The notes: generated from the sequence alone by a model not told the origin. 64,000 nucleotides of DNA from Betaproteobacteria bacterium (GCA_028292405.1 JAQGMJ010000083.1:4464-68463), one strand, 5' to 3'; shown: positions 10,245 to 18,958, counted from the first letter of the stretch. Numbers and translations: made by a program.

Positions 10245-11156
10245 TTATTTCGAGCCCAGCGTGCGCACCATGGCGCCGACAAGCTCATCTATATGTTGAT
10301 GCACCTGCACACCTGCATCCTTGAGCGCCGCGGTCTTCGAGGCGTGCGTGCCCAAGCCACCCTGGATCAACGCGCCCGCATGGCCCATGGTCACACCCTC
10401 GCGCGCGCTGGCGCCGGCCAGAACGGCGAATACTGGTTTGTCGAAACCCATGCGCTTGATCGCCGCGGCGCAATCTTCTTCCTCGGTGCCGCCGATCTCG
10501 CCGATCAGCAGCACCGCACGCGTGCCGTCATGCGCGGCGAACAGGGGCAACAGGTCGGCGAAGCGCGTGCCCTTCACCGGATCGCCGCCCACGCCCAGCC
10601 AGAGCGACTGGCCAAGGCCCTGGCGCACCAGGCGATAGTTGGTCTCGTAGGAGAGCGTGCCGCTTTTCGACATCACGCCGATGTTGCCGGGCTTCAATGT
10701 CACTTCGGGCAGGAAGCCCATTTTCATCCGCCCCGGCACCGCCAAGCCCGGCGTGGAAGGACCGACCCAGGTGGCGCCGTGTTCGCGCGCGAGGGCGGCT
10801 GCGCGGATGGCGTCGTGCACGGGCACGCCTTCTGTCACCGACACCAGCAGCTTGATACCCGCGCCAAACGCATCCCGCGCGGCGGCCAGCGCGCCCATCG
10901 GCGGCACCAGCGCCACGCTGGCGCGCGCGCCGGTGGCCTTGACGGCGGCTGCGCAATCGGCAAACACCGGAATGCCGGGCGGTCCGTCGTTCGGCTTCGC
11001 GCCCGGGCTGGCGACGCCGCCGACGATGCGCGTGCCAGCTGCCAGCATTTGCAGCGCGTGCGAGCGCCCGGCGCGGCCGGTGATGCCTTGCACCAGCACC
11101 GGCACCTCTTCACTCAGCAGCGACATCAACATCGAATCAGACATCGAATCAGGCAT
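10245..11156 (-). CDS. succinyl-CoA synthetase alpha-subunit-like CoA ligase (ADP-forming family)
   Basis: CoA-binding motif VLVQGITGRAG and the phosphohistidine loop MGHAGA. The start is ambiguous (11156, 11144 or 11132) because of a 12-nt tandem duplication at the gene junction. Confidence 0.85.
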   Translation of the reverse strand: MPDSMSDSMLMSLLSEEVPVLVQGITGRAGRSHALQMLAAGTRIVGGVASPGAKPNDGPPGIPVFADCAAAVKATGARASVALVPPMGALAAARDAFGAGIKLLVSVTEGVPVHDAIRAAALAREHGATWVGPSTPGLAVPGRMKMGFLPEVTLKPGNIGVMSKSGTLSYETNYRLVRQGLGQSLWLGVGGDPVKGTRFADLLPLFAAHDGTRAVLLIGEIGGTEEEDCAAAIKRMGFDKPVFAVLAGASAREGVTMGHAGALIQGGLGTHASKTAALKDAGVQVHQHIDELVGAMVRTLGSK

Positions 11157-12297
11157 GCGCCGGCCCCGCGATTTCCAGCACGCGCGCAAGCGCCTGCTCC
11201 AGGTCCACCTGCAGTTCCACCGCCGGCGCCTGCTCGGCGAGGATCACCCGTGCATCGTCCAGCCCATTGCCCACCAGCCGCGCCACCACCGGCACGCGCA
11301 ACTCCGGCACCGCCGCCAGCGCTTGCGCCAGCAGCTTGGTGAATTCACCGAGGTGGGTGATGCCGGCGAAAATATTCACCAGCACCACGCGGATGTTCGG
11401 CGCGCGCGCGATGTCGCGCATCACCGTGATCAGGCGCCCCGGGTCGCCGCGAAACTGCCCGCTGCGGATGTCGACGAAGTTGTACGGCCGCCGCCCCAGC
11501 GCCGTCAGGTCGTCGATGATTTTCATCGACAGCCCCGCGCCGGTGGTGACCAGGCCGATCTCCCCGCCATGGTCCACCACGATGTAGTCGAAACCATTGC
11601 GGTACTTGAACAGCGCATCGGGATACGCCACTTCGCGCGCCGTCAGCAGCACCATCTGCTCCGGCTGGCGCGGCAGGGCGTTTTCATCCAGCGCGAATCG
11701 CGCGTCGCCGGCGGTCCAGCTGCCGTCGGGGTTGACGAACAGGGGATTGATTTCCAGCAGCAGCGCCTCGTGGCGCAAAAAGATTTCCGCCAGGCGCTCA
11801 CCCGCATCGGCCACGGCGGCGGCGATGTGCGGCGGCGCGCCTTCGAGCAGCCAGGGCAGCGCCGCCAGCATGGCGTCGAGTTGCGGCGGCACCAGGGCGT
11901 CGCGCAAGACGCCTGGCGCGACAGATTCGATATCCACGCCACCTTGCGCGGAAAACAGCATGCGCACCGCGCCCGCGGCCGCATCGACGGCGAAACTCAA
12001 AAACACCTCGGTGCCCGCCCGGCGCGATTCGACGCGGCAGCCCTGCACCGCGTGGCCCTTGATGCGCATGGCGAGGACCGCACCCAACGCCTCAACGAGA
12101 CTGGATGCATCATCGGCCATGCGAATCCCGCCGGCCTTGCCGCGCCCCCCAACGGGCACCTGCGCCTTCACCACCCAGGGGCCGGGCGGGAGATCAGCGC
12201 CGGCAAGCGCATCGAGGGACTCGATCAGCACCCCCGGCGGGACGGCAACACCGTCCTTCGCCAGGAGCGTCTTGGCGTCGTGCTCCAGCAGCAGCAC
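11149..12297 (-). CDS. succinyl-CoA synthetase beta-subunit-like ATP-grasp protein
   Basis: MLLLEHDAKTLLAKDGVAVPPG... is an ATP-grasp SucC-family N-terminus. Tightly coupled to the alpha-like gene. Confidence 0.85.
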   Translation of the reverse strand: MLLLEHDAKTLLAKDGVAVPPGVLIESLDALAGADLPPGPWVVKAQVPVGGRGKAGGIRMADDASSLVEALGAVLAMRIKGHAVQGCRVESRRAGTEVFLSFAVDAAAGAVRMLFSAQGGVDIESVAPGVLRDALVPPQLDAMLAALPWLLEGAPPHIAAAVADAGERLAEIFLRHEALLLEINPLFVNPDGSWTAGDARFALDENALPRQPEQMVLLTAREVAYPDALFKYRNGFDYIVVDHGGEIGLVTTGAGLSMKIIDDLTALGRRPYNFVDIRSGQFRGDPGRLITVMRDIARAPNIRVVLVNIFAGITHLGEFTKLLAQALAAVPELRVPVVARLVGNGLDDARVILAEQAPAVELQVDLEQALARVLEIAGPAHA

Positions 12298-12300
12298 GAA

Positions 12301-13083
12301 TCAGTCGCGGTACGACGGGTCGATCTTGTCCAGCTTCTTCAGCAGCGCCGGCCACTCCATCTCGCCGAAGCGGCGGCGCACGCCGGGCTGGTAGAGATGG
12401 GCGGTCGCTTCGACCAGCTCGCGCGAAGGCATCTGCAGCTCGGTGTTGCAGGAGAGCGTCATCACCTGCAGGCGGCAGGCGCGCTCCAGGCGGAAAATGT
12501 TGTTGAAACCCTCGGCGATCGTCGGGCCGACGCACAGAAGGCCGTGGTTTTTCAGGATCATCACCTCGCGCATTCCCAGGTCGGCCACCAGGCGCTCCTG
12601 TTCGTCCATGTTGATCGCCACCCCTTCGTAGTCGTGGTAGCCGATGTCGACAAAGCGCATCGCCGTTTGCGCCAGCGGCAGCAGGCCGCACTTCATCGCC
12701 GAGACGGCCATGCCGGCCAGCGAATGGGTGTGGATCACGCAGTCGACGTCGTGGCGCGCGCGGTGCACCGCGCTGTGGATGACGAAGCCGGCGCGGTTCA
12801 CGCCATAGTCGCCGGGATTGAACAGCACGTTGCCGTCGAGGTCGATCTTGATGAAGCCGGAGGCATGCATCTGGTCATACAGCATGCCGTAGGGATTGAT
12901 CAGGAAGGCATTGTCTTCACCGGGCACGCGGCACGAGATGTGGTTGGCGATCATCTCATCCATGTCGTAGTGGTGCACGAGGCGATAGGCGGCCGCGAGG
13001 TCCACGCGCTTTTGCCACTCCTCGGCGCTGACCTTGTCGCGGACGGAGGTGGAAGAATTTTTCTTGATGGCGGTAACGCTCAT
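12301..13083 (-). CDS. class II aldolase/adducin family protein
   Basis: Family pattern ANHISCRVPGEDNAFLINPYG...FVIHSAVHRARHDVDCVIHTHS. ATG at 13083 is chosen inside ORF 12301..13146. Confidence 0.85.
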   Translation of the reverse strand: MSVTAIKKNSSTSVRDKVSAEEWQKRVDLAAAYRLVHHYDMDEMIANHISCRVPGEDNAFLINPYGMLYDQMHASGFIKIDLDGNVLFNPGDYGVNRAGFVIHSAVHRARHDVDCVIHTHSLAGMAVSAMKCGLLPLAQTAMRFVDIGYHDYEGVAINMDEQERLVADLGMREVMILKNHGLLCVGPTIAEGFNNIFRLERACRLQVMTLSCNTELQMPSRELVEATAHLYQPGVRRRFGEMEWPALLKKLDKIDPSYRD

Positions 13084-13198
13084 GGCTTGTCTCCTGTGAG
13101 GACTGATACGTATAACAATACAGCAGCCGGGGCGGCGCTGCGGCAATCGGCCGGATTAGCCGGCTGCCGCGGCGCGCCCGGGTGCGCCTTTGGGGGGC

Positions 13199-14281
13199 TT
13201 ACTTCACCAGCGTGCCGAACTTTTTCACCACCGCTTCGCCGAAGGCGCGCGTGCCCAGCTTGCCGCCCAGGTCCACGGTGCGGCTGGCCGGCTCGGCCAG
13301 CACTTCGCAGATCGCATGGTCGATCAGCGCGCCCGCCTTTTGCAGCGCCGGCATCTGGTGGCGCTCGCCCAGCCAATCCAGCAGCATGCAGGTGGAAAAC
13401 ATCACCGAGCAGGGGTTGGCCTTGTCCTGGCCCGCGATATCGGGCGCGGAGCCATGCGAAGCCTGCGCCATCGCATGCGCATCGCCCGCATTCAGCGAAC
13501 CCGCCAGGCCGAGCCCACCAGCCAGCTCGGAAGCCTGGTTCGACAAAATATCGCCGAACATGTTGGTTGTGCAGATCACATCGTAAGCCTCGGGCGTGCG
13601 CACCAGCAGCGAGGCCATCGCATCGACCAGCACTTCATTGACCTTGATTTCCGGATACGTCTTGCACACCGCTCGCGCCTCGCGCATGAAGAGGCCATCG
13701 GAGAGCTTCAGCACGTTCGCCTTGCTGACCAGCGTCACCTGCTTGCGCCGCTTCATCGCCGCCTCGCAAGCCGCAATGGCGATGCGCTTGGAACTCGAAG
13801 CCGTGATCTTGCGCACGGCGAGAGCCACTTCCGGCGTCGGCATGAATTCGCCGGAGCCGGTGAACATGTTGCGGTCCGCGTAAAAGCCCTCGGTGTTTTC
13901 GCGCGCGATCACCAGGTCCATCTGCTTGACGAAAGCCGGCACGCCCTTGATGGTGCGCGAGGGCCGCATGTTGGCGTACAGGTCCAGGCCCAGGCGCAGC
14001 TTGGAGGAGGGATTGACCCCGCCCTTTTCCGGCGGCACCGGGTAGCCATAGGTGTCGCAAGGTCCGAGGATCACGCCGTCGGCCGCGCGCGCCTTTTCCA
14101 GCGTCGCATCGGGCATGGTGTGGCCGTGCTTCTCATACGCGGCGAAGCCGACGTCGTCGTGCGTGATGTTCAACCCGAGGTCCAGCATCTTGTTCGCCGC
14201 TTCCACCACCTGGAGAGTGGCGGCGGTGATTTCCGGGCCGATGCCGTCGCCGGCGAAGGCGATGATGTTGAGCTTTTTCAT
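13199..14281 (-). CDS. isocitrate/isopropylmalate/tartrate dehydrogenase family oxidative decarboxylase
   Basis: MKKLNIIAFAGDGIGPEI N-terminus, plus LYANMRP and NMFGDILSN motifs of the beta-decarboxylating dehydrogenase family. Confidence 0.85.
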   Translation of the reverse strand: MKKLNIIAFAGDGIGPEITAATLQVVEAANKMLDLGLNITHDDVGFAAYEKHGHTMPDATLEKARAADGVILGPCDTYGYPVPPEKGGVNPSSKLRLGLDLYANMRPSRTIKGVPAFVKQMDLVIARENTEGFYADRNMFTGSGEFMPTPEVALAVRKITASSSKRIAIAACEAAMKRRKQVTLVSKANVLKLSDGLFMREARAVCKTYPEIKVNEVLVDAMASLLVRTPEAYDVICTTNMFGDILSNQASELAGGLGLAGSLNAGDAHAMAQASHGSAPDIAGQDKANPCSVMFSTCMLLDWLGERHQMPALQKAGALIDHAICEVLAEPASRTVDLGGKLGTRAFGEAVVKKFGTLVK

Positions 14282-14312
14282 GGGAGCTGCCTTTGCAAAA
14301 TTTTCTGTGGAA

Positions 14313-15305
14313 CTATTCCATCTTCACGCCGACGGCGCGGATGATCTTTTCATACTTGGTCGTTTCCGAGCGGGTGAACGCGCCCAGCTTCTCCGGCGAC
14401 TCCGGGTTCACTTCGGTACCGTCGGCCATCAGCTTCTCGCGCACCGGCTGCCCCGGCGCCAGCAGCTTGCCGACTTCGCGATTGAGTTGCGTGACGATCT
14501 CGCGCGAGGTGCCGGTCGGCGCGAACAGGCCGCCCCAGAGCGAAAAGTCGAAGCCCGGTACGCCGCTCTCGGCCACCGTCGGAATCTCCGGCGCCGACGG
14601 CGCGCGGTGCGCGGTGGAGACGGCGAGAATCTTCAACTGCCCCGTCTTGGTATGCGGCACCGCCGCCGCCATGCCGGAGAAGAAGTAGGTCACGTGCCCA
14701 CCCAGCAGGTCCGAGAGCGCCACGCCCGCGCCCTTGTACGGCACGTGCACGATGGAAGACTTGGTCACCAGCTTCAGCTGCTCGCCCGCCAGGTGTCCCG
14801 GCGTGCCGATGCCGGAAGAGGCGAAGGAAATCCCCGGCGCGTTTGCCTTCAGCGCATCCGACAGCGCCTTGAAGTTGGCATAGGGCGCATCGCCGCGCAC
14901 CGTCAGCGCCAGCGGCACCAGGCCGACCAGGATGATCGGCGTCAGTTCCTTCTCCGGGTCCACCAGCGTGCTCTTCATCAAATACTTGTTGATCGACATC
15001 TCGCCGGTCTGGCCCAACAACAACGTGTAGCCGTCCGGCGCCGATTTCGCCACCATCTGCGTGCCGATCAGCCCGCCCGCGCCGGGCCGGTTTTCGACCA
15101 CCACGGAAACGCCCATCGCCGGCCCCAGCTTCTCCGCCACCGCGCGCGCGAAGGCGTCGCCGGTGCCGCCCGGCGTGTAGCACACCACGATGGTGATGGG
15201 TTTGCCCGGGTACTTCGCCTGGGCAAGCGCGCTGCCCATCGGCGCGCAGGCCGTGGCGGCGAACATGGCCGCCGCCAGCGTATTGCGCAAGAGTTTGAAG
15301 TTCAT
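14313..15305 (-). CDS. Bug/TctC family tripartite tricarboxylate transporter substrate-binding protein
   Basis: Signal peptide followed by YPGKPITIVVCYTPGGTGD, typical of the Bug family. ATG at 15305. Confidence 0.87.
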   Translation of the reverse strand: MNFKLLRNTLAAAMFAATACAPMGSALAQAKYPGKPITIVVCYTPGGTGDAFARAVAEKLGPAMGVSVVVENRPGAGGLIGTQMVAKSAPDGYTLLLGQTGEMSINKYLMKSTLVDPEKELTPIILVGLVPLALTVRGDAPYANFKALSDALKANAPGISFASSGIGTPGHLAGEQLKLVTKSSIVHVPYKGAGVALSDLLGGHVTYFFSGMAAAVPHTKTGQLKILAVSTAHRAPSAPEIPTVAESGVPGFDFSLWGGLFAPTGTSREIVTQLNREVGKLLAPGQPVREKLMADGTEVNPESPEKLGAFTRSETTKYEKIIRAVGVKME

Positions 15306-15367
15306 GGTCGTATCCCTTGATCGTATGGGTTGGTATATTGTCTTGTCGCGCTTGGTCGTCGCGCCTG

Positions 15368-16375
15368 CTATTGCGCCTGAATCCCGGCTGCAGCCACCGT
15401 CTTTTTCCACGCCGCCAGCTCGGTCGACAGCATGCGGCCAAACTCGGCGGCGCTACCGCGATAAGCATCCGCACCTTCATTCTTCAAACGCTCGCGAATC
15501 GCCGCGCTCGCCAGCGACTCATTGATCGAAGCATTCAGCTTGTTCACCACGGCCGCCGTTGTGCCGGCCCGCGCCACCACGCCCCACCAGGTGGAAACGT
15601 CGAAGTCCTTCACGCCGCTTTCTTCCACCGTCGGCACGTTCGGATATTGCGGCGAACGCTGGGCGGACGTCACTGCCAGCAATTTGACGCGGTCCGACTT
15701 CACATACGTGCCGATGGTCGGTACCGTCGCAAAAAACACCTGCACCTGCCCCGCGATCAAATCCACCGCTGCCGGCGCGCTGCCTTTGTACGGCACGTGC
15801 GTCATCTTCACCCCGGCGCGCTGGCTGAACAACTCGCCCGCCAGGTGGTTGATGCTGCCGATGCCCGCCGAGCAAAAGTTCAGCGAATTCGGCTTCGCCT
15901 TGGCGCGCGCCAACATCTCGGCCAGCGTGTTCATGCCGGTCTCCTTGTTTGCCACCACCAGCAGCGGCCCGCGCCCGATCATCGCCACCGGCGCGAATTC
16001 CTTCAGGATGTCGCGCGAAGTCGCCGGCTCCGTCGCCGCCCGCGTCACGAAAGTGGAAGTGACGAACAGCAGCGTGTAGCCATCGGCCGCCGCCTGCGCC
16101 ACATAGTCCACGCCGATCGAGCCGCCCGCGCCGCCGCGGTTATCCACGATCACCGTCTGCCCCAGCTGCTCCTGCATCTGCTTGGCCAGGTCGCGCGCGA
16201 TGCTGTCCGTCCCGCCGCCCGCGGCGAACGGCACGATCATCGTAATCGGCCGCTGCGGATAAGCCTGCCCCCACGCCAGCAGCGGCGCCGCCGCAACCGC
16301 GGCAACCAGGCCCGCACGCGCCAGGAAACTCAAGCGTGAATTCAACTCGGACTTCAACACAGATCTCATATCCAT
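15368..16375 (-). CDS. Bug/TctC family tripartite tricarboxylate transporter substrate-binding protein
   Basis: Signal peptide followed by YPQRPITMIVPFAAGGGTD. ATG at 16375 (or 16369). Overlaps the end of the upstream chromate-transporter gene. Confidence 0.87.
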   Translation of the reverse strand: MDMRSVLKSELNSRLSFLARAGLVAAVAAAPLLAWGQAYPQRPITMIVPFAAGGGTDSIARDLAKQMQEQLGQTVIVDNRGGAGGSIGVDYVAQAAADGYTLLFVTSTFVTRAATEPATSRDILKEFAPVAMIGRGPLLVVANKETGMNTLAEMLARAKAKPNSLNFCSAGIGSINHLAGELFSQRAGVKMTHVPYKGSAPAAVDLIAGQVQVFFATVPTIGTYVKSDRVKLLAVTSAQRSPQYPNVPTVEESGVKDFDVSTWWGVVARAGTTAAVVNKLNASINESLASAAIRERLKNEGADAYRGSAAEFGRMLSTELAAWKKTVAAAGIQAQ

Positions 16376-16896
16376 CCCAATCCCCCCAGCACCGCGCCCC
16401 CCGCCAGCAACCACAGCGGATGCGCCCGCCAGATCATTGCCGCCACCACCACCGCGGCGGTCAGCGCAAAAGCCGGCCACGAATTACTATCCGCCGACAT
16501 CGTCAAAATGTAGCCCGAAGCCAGCAGCAGCCCCACCGTCAGCGGCGTCAGCCCTGCCTGCACCGCCATCCGCCACGGCCGGTCGCGCATCCGGTGCCAC
16601 AGGCTGCCGGTGTAATACGCCACGAAAGAAGAGGGCAGCGAAAGCGCGCCGAAACTCACGATAGCCCCCAGCGGCCCGGCAATCTGGTAGCCCAGCATGC
16701 CCACCACCATCATGTTCGGCCCCGGCGCCGCGTTCGAAATGCCGAACAGCCGCGTGAACTCCTCCGAACTCATCCAGTGATGCTGCTCGACGATGAAGCG
16801 GTGCACGTCTGGCATCGAAGCCAGCACCCCGCCAAAGCAGATCAGCGAAAGCGTGCTGTAGTAGCCCGCCATGTCGAGAAGGATGTCCCACTTCAT
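16366..16896 (-). CDS. chromate transporter family protein (short-chain CHR, second half of a pair)
   Basis: MKWDILLDMAGYYSTLSLICFGGVLASMPDVHRFIVEQHHWMSSEEF is a CHR-domain signature. ATGA start/stop overlap with the upstream half. Confidence 0.8.
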   Translation of the reverse strand: MKWDILLDMAGYYSTLSLICFGGVLASMPDVHRFIVEQHHWMSSEEFTRLFGISNAAPGPNMMVVGMLGYQIAGPLGAIVSFGALSLPSSFVAYYTGSLWHRMRDRPWRMAVQAGLTPLTVGLLLASGYILTMSADSNSWPAFALTAAVVVAAMIWRAHPLWLLAGGAVLGGLGWI

Positions 16897-17435
16897 TTGC
16901 GCCGCACCACCCATTGCCACCCGATGGATGCAGGCGCCAGCACCGCCAGCATCGTGATCAGCGGAATGCGCCACAGCGCAATCGCCCCAAAAGCCAGCGC
17001 CGCAAAGAGGTACGAAGCCTTGGCGCGAAACGTCAGCCCCAGGCGCAGCGCCACGCTCACCACCAGCCCCGCCGCCGCCGCCCCCAGCCCGCGCATCACG
17101 CCCTTGGCCAGCGGCAGGTCGCCGAACTGCACATAGAAGGCCCCGAGCAGCAGGATCACCAGCATCGGCGGCACCAGCATGCCCAGCGCCCCTGCGATAG
17201 CCCCCATCGGCCCGCGATAACGCGCCCCGATGCAAATCGCCAGGTTCACCACGTTCGCGCCCGGAATGAACTGGCAAAACGCAAACAGGTCCGCGAACTC
17301 CTCCTCGCTAAGCCAGCGCTTCTCCTCCACGATCATCCGCCGCGCGAACGGAAGCACCCCGCCAAACCCGGTCGCGCTCGCCTTCGCAAACGTCAGGAAC
17401 AGTTCGGCGCAGGTCGGGTTTTCCGGGCGTTCCAT
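16893..17435 (-). CDS. chromate transporter family protein (short-chain CHR, first half of a pair)
   Basis: FLTFAKASATGFGGVLPFARRMIVEEKRWLSEEEFADLFAFCQFIPGANVVN is a CHR-domain signature. Confidence 0.8.
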   Translation of the reverse strand: MERPENPTCAELFLTFAKASATGFGGVLPFARRMIVEEKRWLSEEEFADLFAFCQFIPGANVVNLAICIGARYRGPMGAIAGALGMLVPPMLVILLLGAFYVQFGDLPLAKGVMRGLGAAAAGLVVSVALRLGLTFRAKASYLFAALAFGAIALWRIPLITMLAVLAPASIGWQWVVRRK

Positions 17436-17628
17436 CGGGCGGCAGGTCTGGAAGAAGAAAGGGGCGCTGCGAAACCGGCGGCGCAGGGGCCGCGCGGCAA
17501 GCCCGCTATTTTACGCCGCCCCTCTATATGTGTCGCCCGTCCCCGGGCTTATGCAGGTGAAAAGCGGCAAAAACCGCAGGCCTGACGGCAAGGCTCCGCG
17601 GACCTCTGCTGTCCCGCATCCCCACCCT

Positions 17629-17689
17629 TGTCACTCGAGCACAGCGCCCCGAAGGAAGTCCCCCTGGGGGAAAGAATCTGCTTTTCGCC
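17629..17689 (+). repeat. REP-like dispersed repeat (TGTCAYTCKGAGCAMAGCG...AAGAATCTGCTTTTCGC) with an embedded 26-nt CGCCCCGAAG..GGGG module
   Basis: Aligns by eye with 18418..18453. The inner module recurs at 20388..20413 and 46209..46234. Confidence 0.8.
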
Positions 17690-17729
17690 GCACCCCATCA
17701 AAGCCCCGCGCAATCCACCTACCCGTCAC

Positions 17730-18281
17730 CTACCCAAGCGCCCCCTCATCCGCCAACACCACCACTGTCGGCGCCGTCGAATGCCGGCGAATCCGCCAAA
17801 CCTGCCACCCCGCCCCGATCAGGAACAACAGCAACAACACCCCTGTCGCCGCCTTCAACTCCGGCGTATCCGCATTCGGCAACAAAGGCGCACCCAGCGG
17901 CAGCCGCGTAGTCGTCTCCGTCACCGCCGGAATCCAGTGAAACAAAAACGTCGCCGAATAACTCGCCGTCTCCACATAAACCGAAAGCTTGCCAAACAGC
18001 GCCGTGCGCCCCGCCAACGCCGCCACCCCCAGCGTCACCAGCGTGATGATGCCCAGCGCATGCGGCTTGCCAAACCCCCCATGCTGGAAAATCCCGAAGC
18101 CCGTCACGCACGTCAGCACCGTTGCCCAGATGTACACCTGCCCCAGCGTGTTATACGGCGTAATTTGCCCGTCGCGCACCAGCACCACCAACCCCGCGAA
18201 CACCGCCACCAGGCTGATGATCGTATGCAACACCCCCAACTGCGTCAGGCCAAAAATCATCTCAGCACCCCATTTATTCAT
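17730..18281 (-). CDS. hypothetical integral membrane protein (about 5 TM segments)
   Basis: ORF with strong GC3 bias and repeated hydrophobic stretches (LGVLHTIISLVAVFAGLVVLV, VYIWATVLTCVTGFGIF, and others). No family recognised. Start is 18281 or 18260. Confidence 0.55.
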   Translation of the reverse strand: MNKWGAEMIFGLTQLGVLHTIISLVAVFAGLVVLVRDGQITPYNTLGQVYIWATVLTCVTGFGIFQHGGFGKPHALGIITLVTLGVAALAGRTALFGKLSVYVETASYSATFLFHWIPAVTETTTRLPLGAPLLPNADTPELKAATGVLLLLFLIGAGWQVWRIRRHSTAPTVVVLADEGALG

Positions 18282-18417
18282 ATTGAGAGGACCAACGATT
18301 CGTCGCGCGCCGACCACGGGGCCGACACGAATGCGCCTGCTCGCCCCGCCACAAGACTAAACCCATCCACAATACTGATCAAGCCCGGCGTGGGAGCAAG
18401 ACCCCTCTATGCCTCAC

Positions 18418-18489
18418 TGTCATTCTGAGCAAAGCGAAGAATCTGCTTTTCGCGGCGCTCTCCCGGCGCGCTTAAAAGCAGAATCCTTC
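18418..18489 (+). repeat. REP-like repeat copy forming an imperfect hairpin (gaagaatctgctttt ... aaaagcagaatccttc)
   Basis: Direct-orientation copy of the 17629 element without the 26-nt insert, extended here by an inverted arm. Confidence 0.8.
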
Positions 18490-18537
18490 GACAGGCGCGG
18501 ACCACCTTTACGGCCGTCGCCGCAATGCATTTTCTGA

Positions 18538-18557
18538 TACTGTAATTAAATACAGTA
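18538..18557. promoter_or_regulatory. LexA (SOS) box
   Basis: TACTGTAATTAAATACAGTA matches the beta/gamma-proteobacterial consensus TACTG-N10-CAGTA (CTGT-N8-ACAG) at every conserved position. It is an AT-rich site in GC-rich DNA, 50 nt upstream of ORF 18608. Confidence 0.72.
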
Positions 18558-18607
18558 ACCCGCCGCCACGCCTCGGCCTCCTCATCACCGCGACACGCGC
18601 AACCCCC

Positions 18608-18958
18608 ATGCTCGTCTACGTCACCCCCATCTACGTCAACGGTAAAAAGCGCGACGCCACCCAACTGCGCGACTGGCCCGCCATCGAAGCGCGCATGACC
18701 GTCGAGCCCGTAGCCAACCAGAAAGCCGGCCGCTTCACCCGCGTCGCTCGCCTCTGGAGCCCCGACTTCCGCGGCGGCGAGCCACCTACCAGCGACCTCT
18801 ACGACCCCGAACTCGTCAGCATGGACGAACACTGCATGCAACTGCGCGGCTATAACGTCGTCAAGACCGCGGACGGCCGGCACGAACTGCACGGCCAGCG
18901 CTGGATCGTGCGAATCACGGATTTATTCGGGGGAGGGTTTTTTAATCCGGGAAGATGA
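18608..18958 (+). CDS. hypothetical protein, 116 aa, no family recognised; candidate SOS-regulated gene
   Basis: Pronounced host-like GC3 codon bias and varied amino-acid composition. In contrast, the overlapping antisense ORF 18407..18892 is Ala/Gly/Val/Asp-rich. No obvious Shine-Dalgarno sequence. Confidence 0.6.
   Translation: MLVYVTPIYVNGKKRDATQLRDWPAIEARMTVEPVANQKAGRFTRVARLWSPDFRGGEPPTSDLYDPELVSMDEHCMQLRGYNVVKTADGRHELHGQRWIVRITDLFGGGFFNPGR

Noticed and set aside
10657-13641. A 994-aa plus-strand ORF, and many similar long ORFs (for example 2471..4048, 5496..6989, 30076..31800, 31817..33745, 40489..42018, 43042..44334, 57004..58371).
   Set aside because: All lie antisense to, or out of frame with, genes that have clear family signatures. 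Their compositions are dominated by R/A/G/P/H. No independent start or RBS support.
18407-18892. A 161-aa minus-strand ORF overlapping the 116-aa candidate SOS gene.
   Set aside because: The Ala/Gly/Val/Asp-rich translation is typical of an antisense frame. The plus-strand frame carries the GC3 bias and lies downstream of the LexA box. Which strand is coding remains formally untested.
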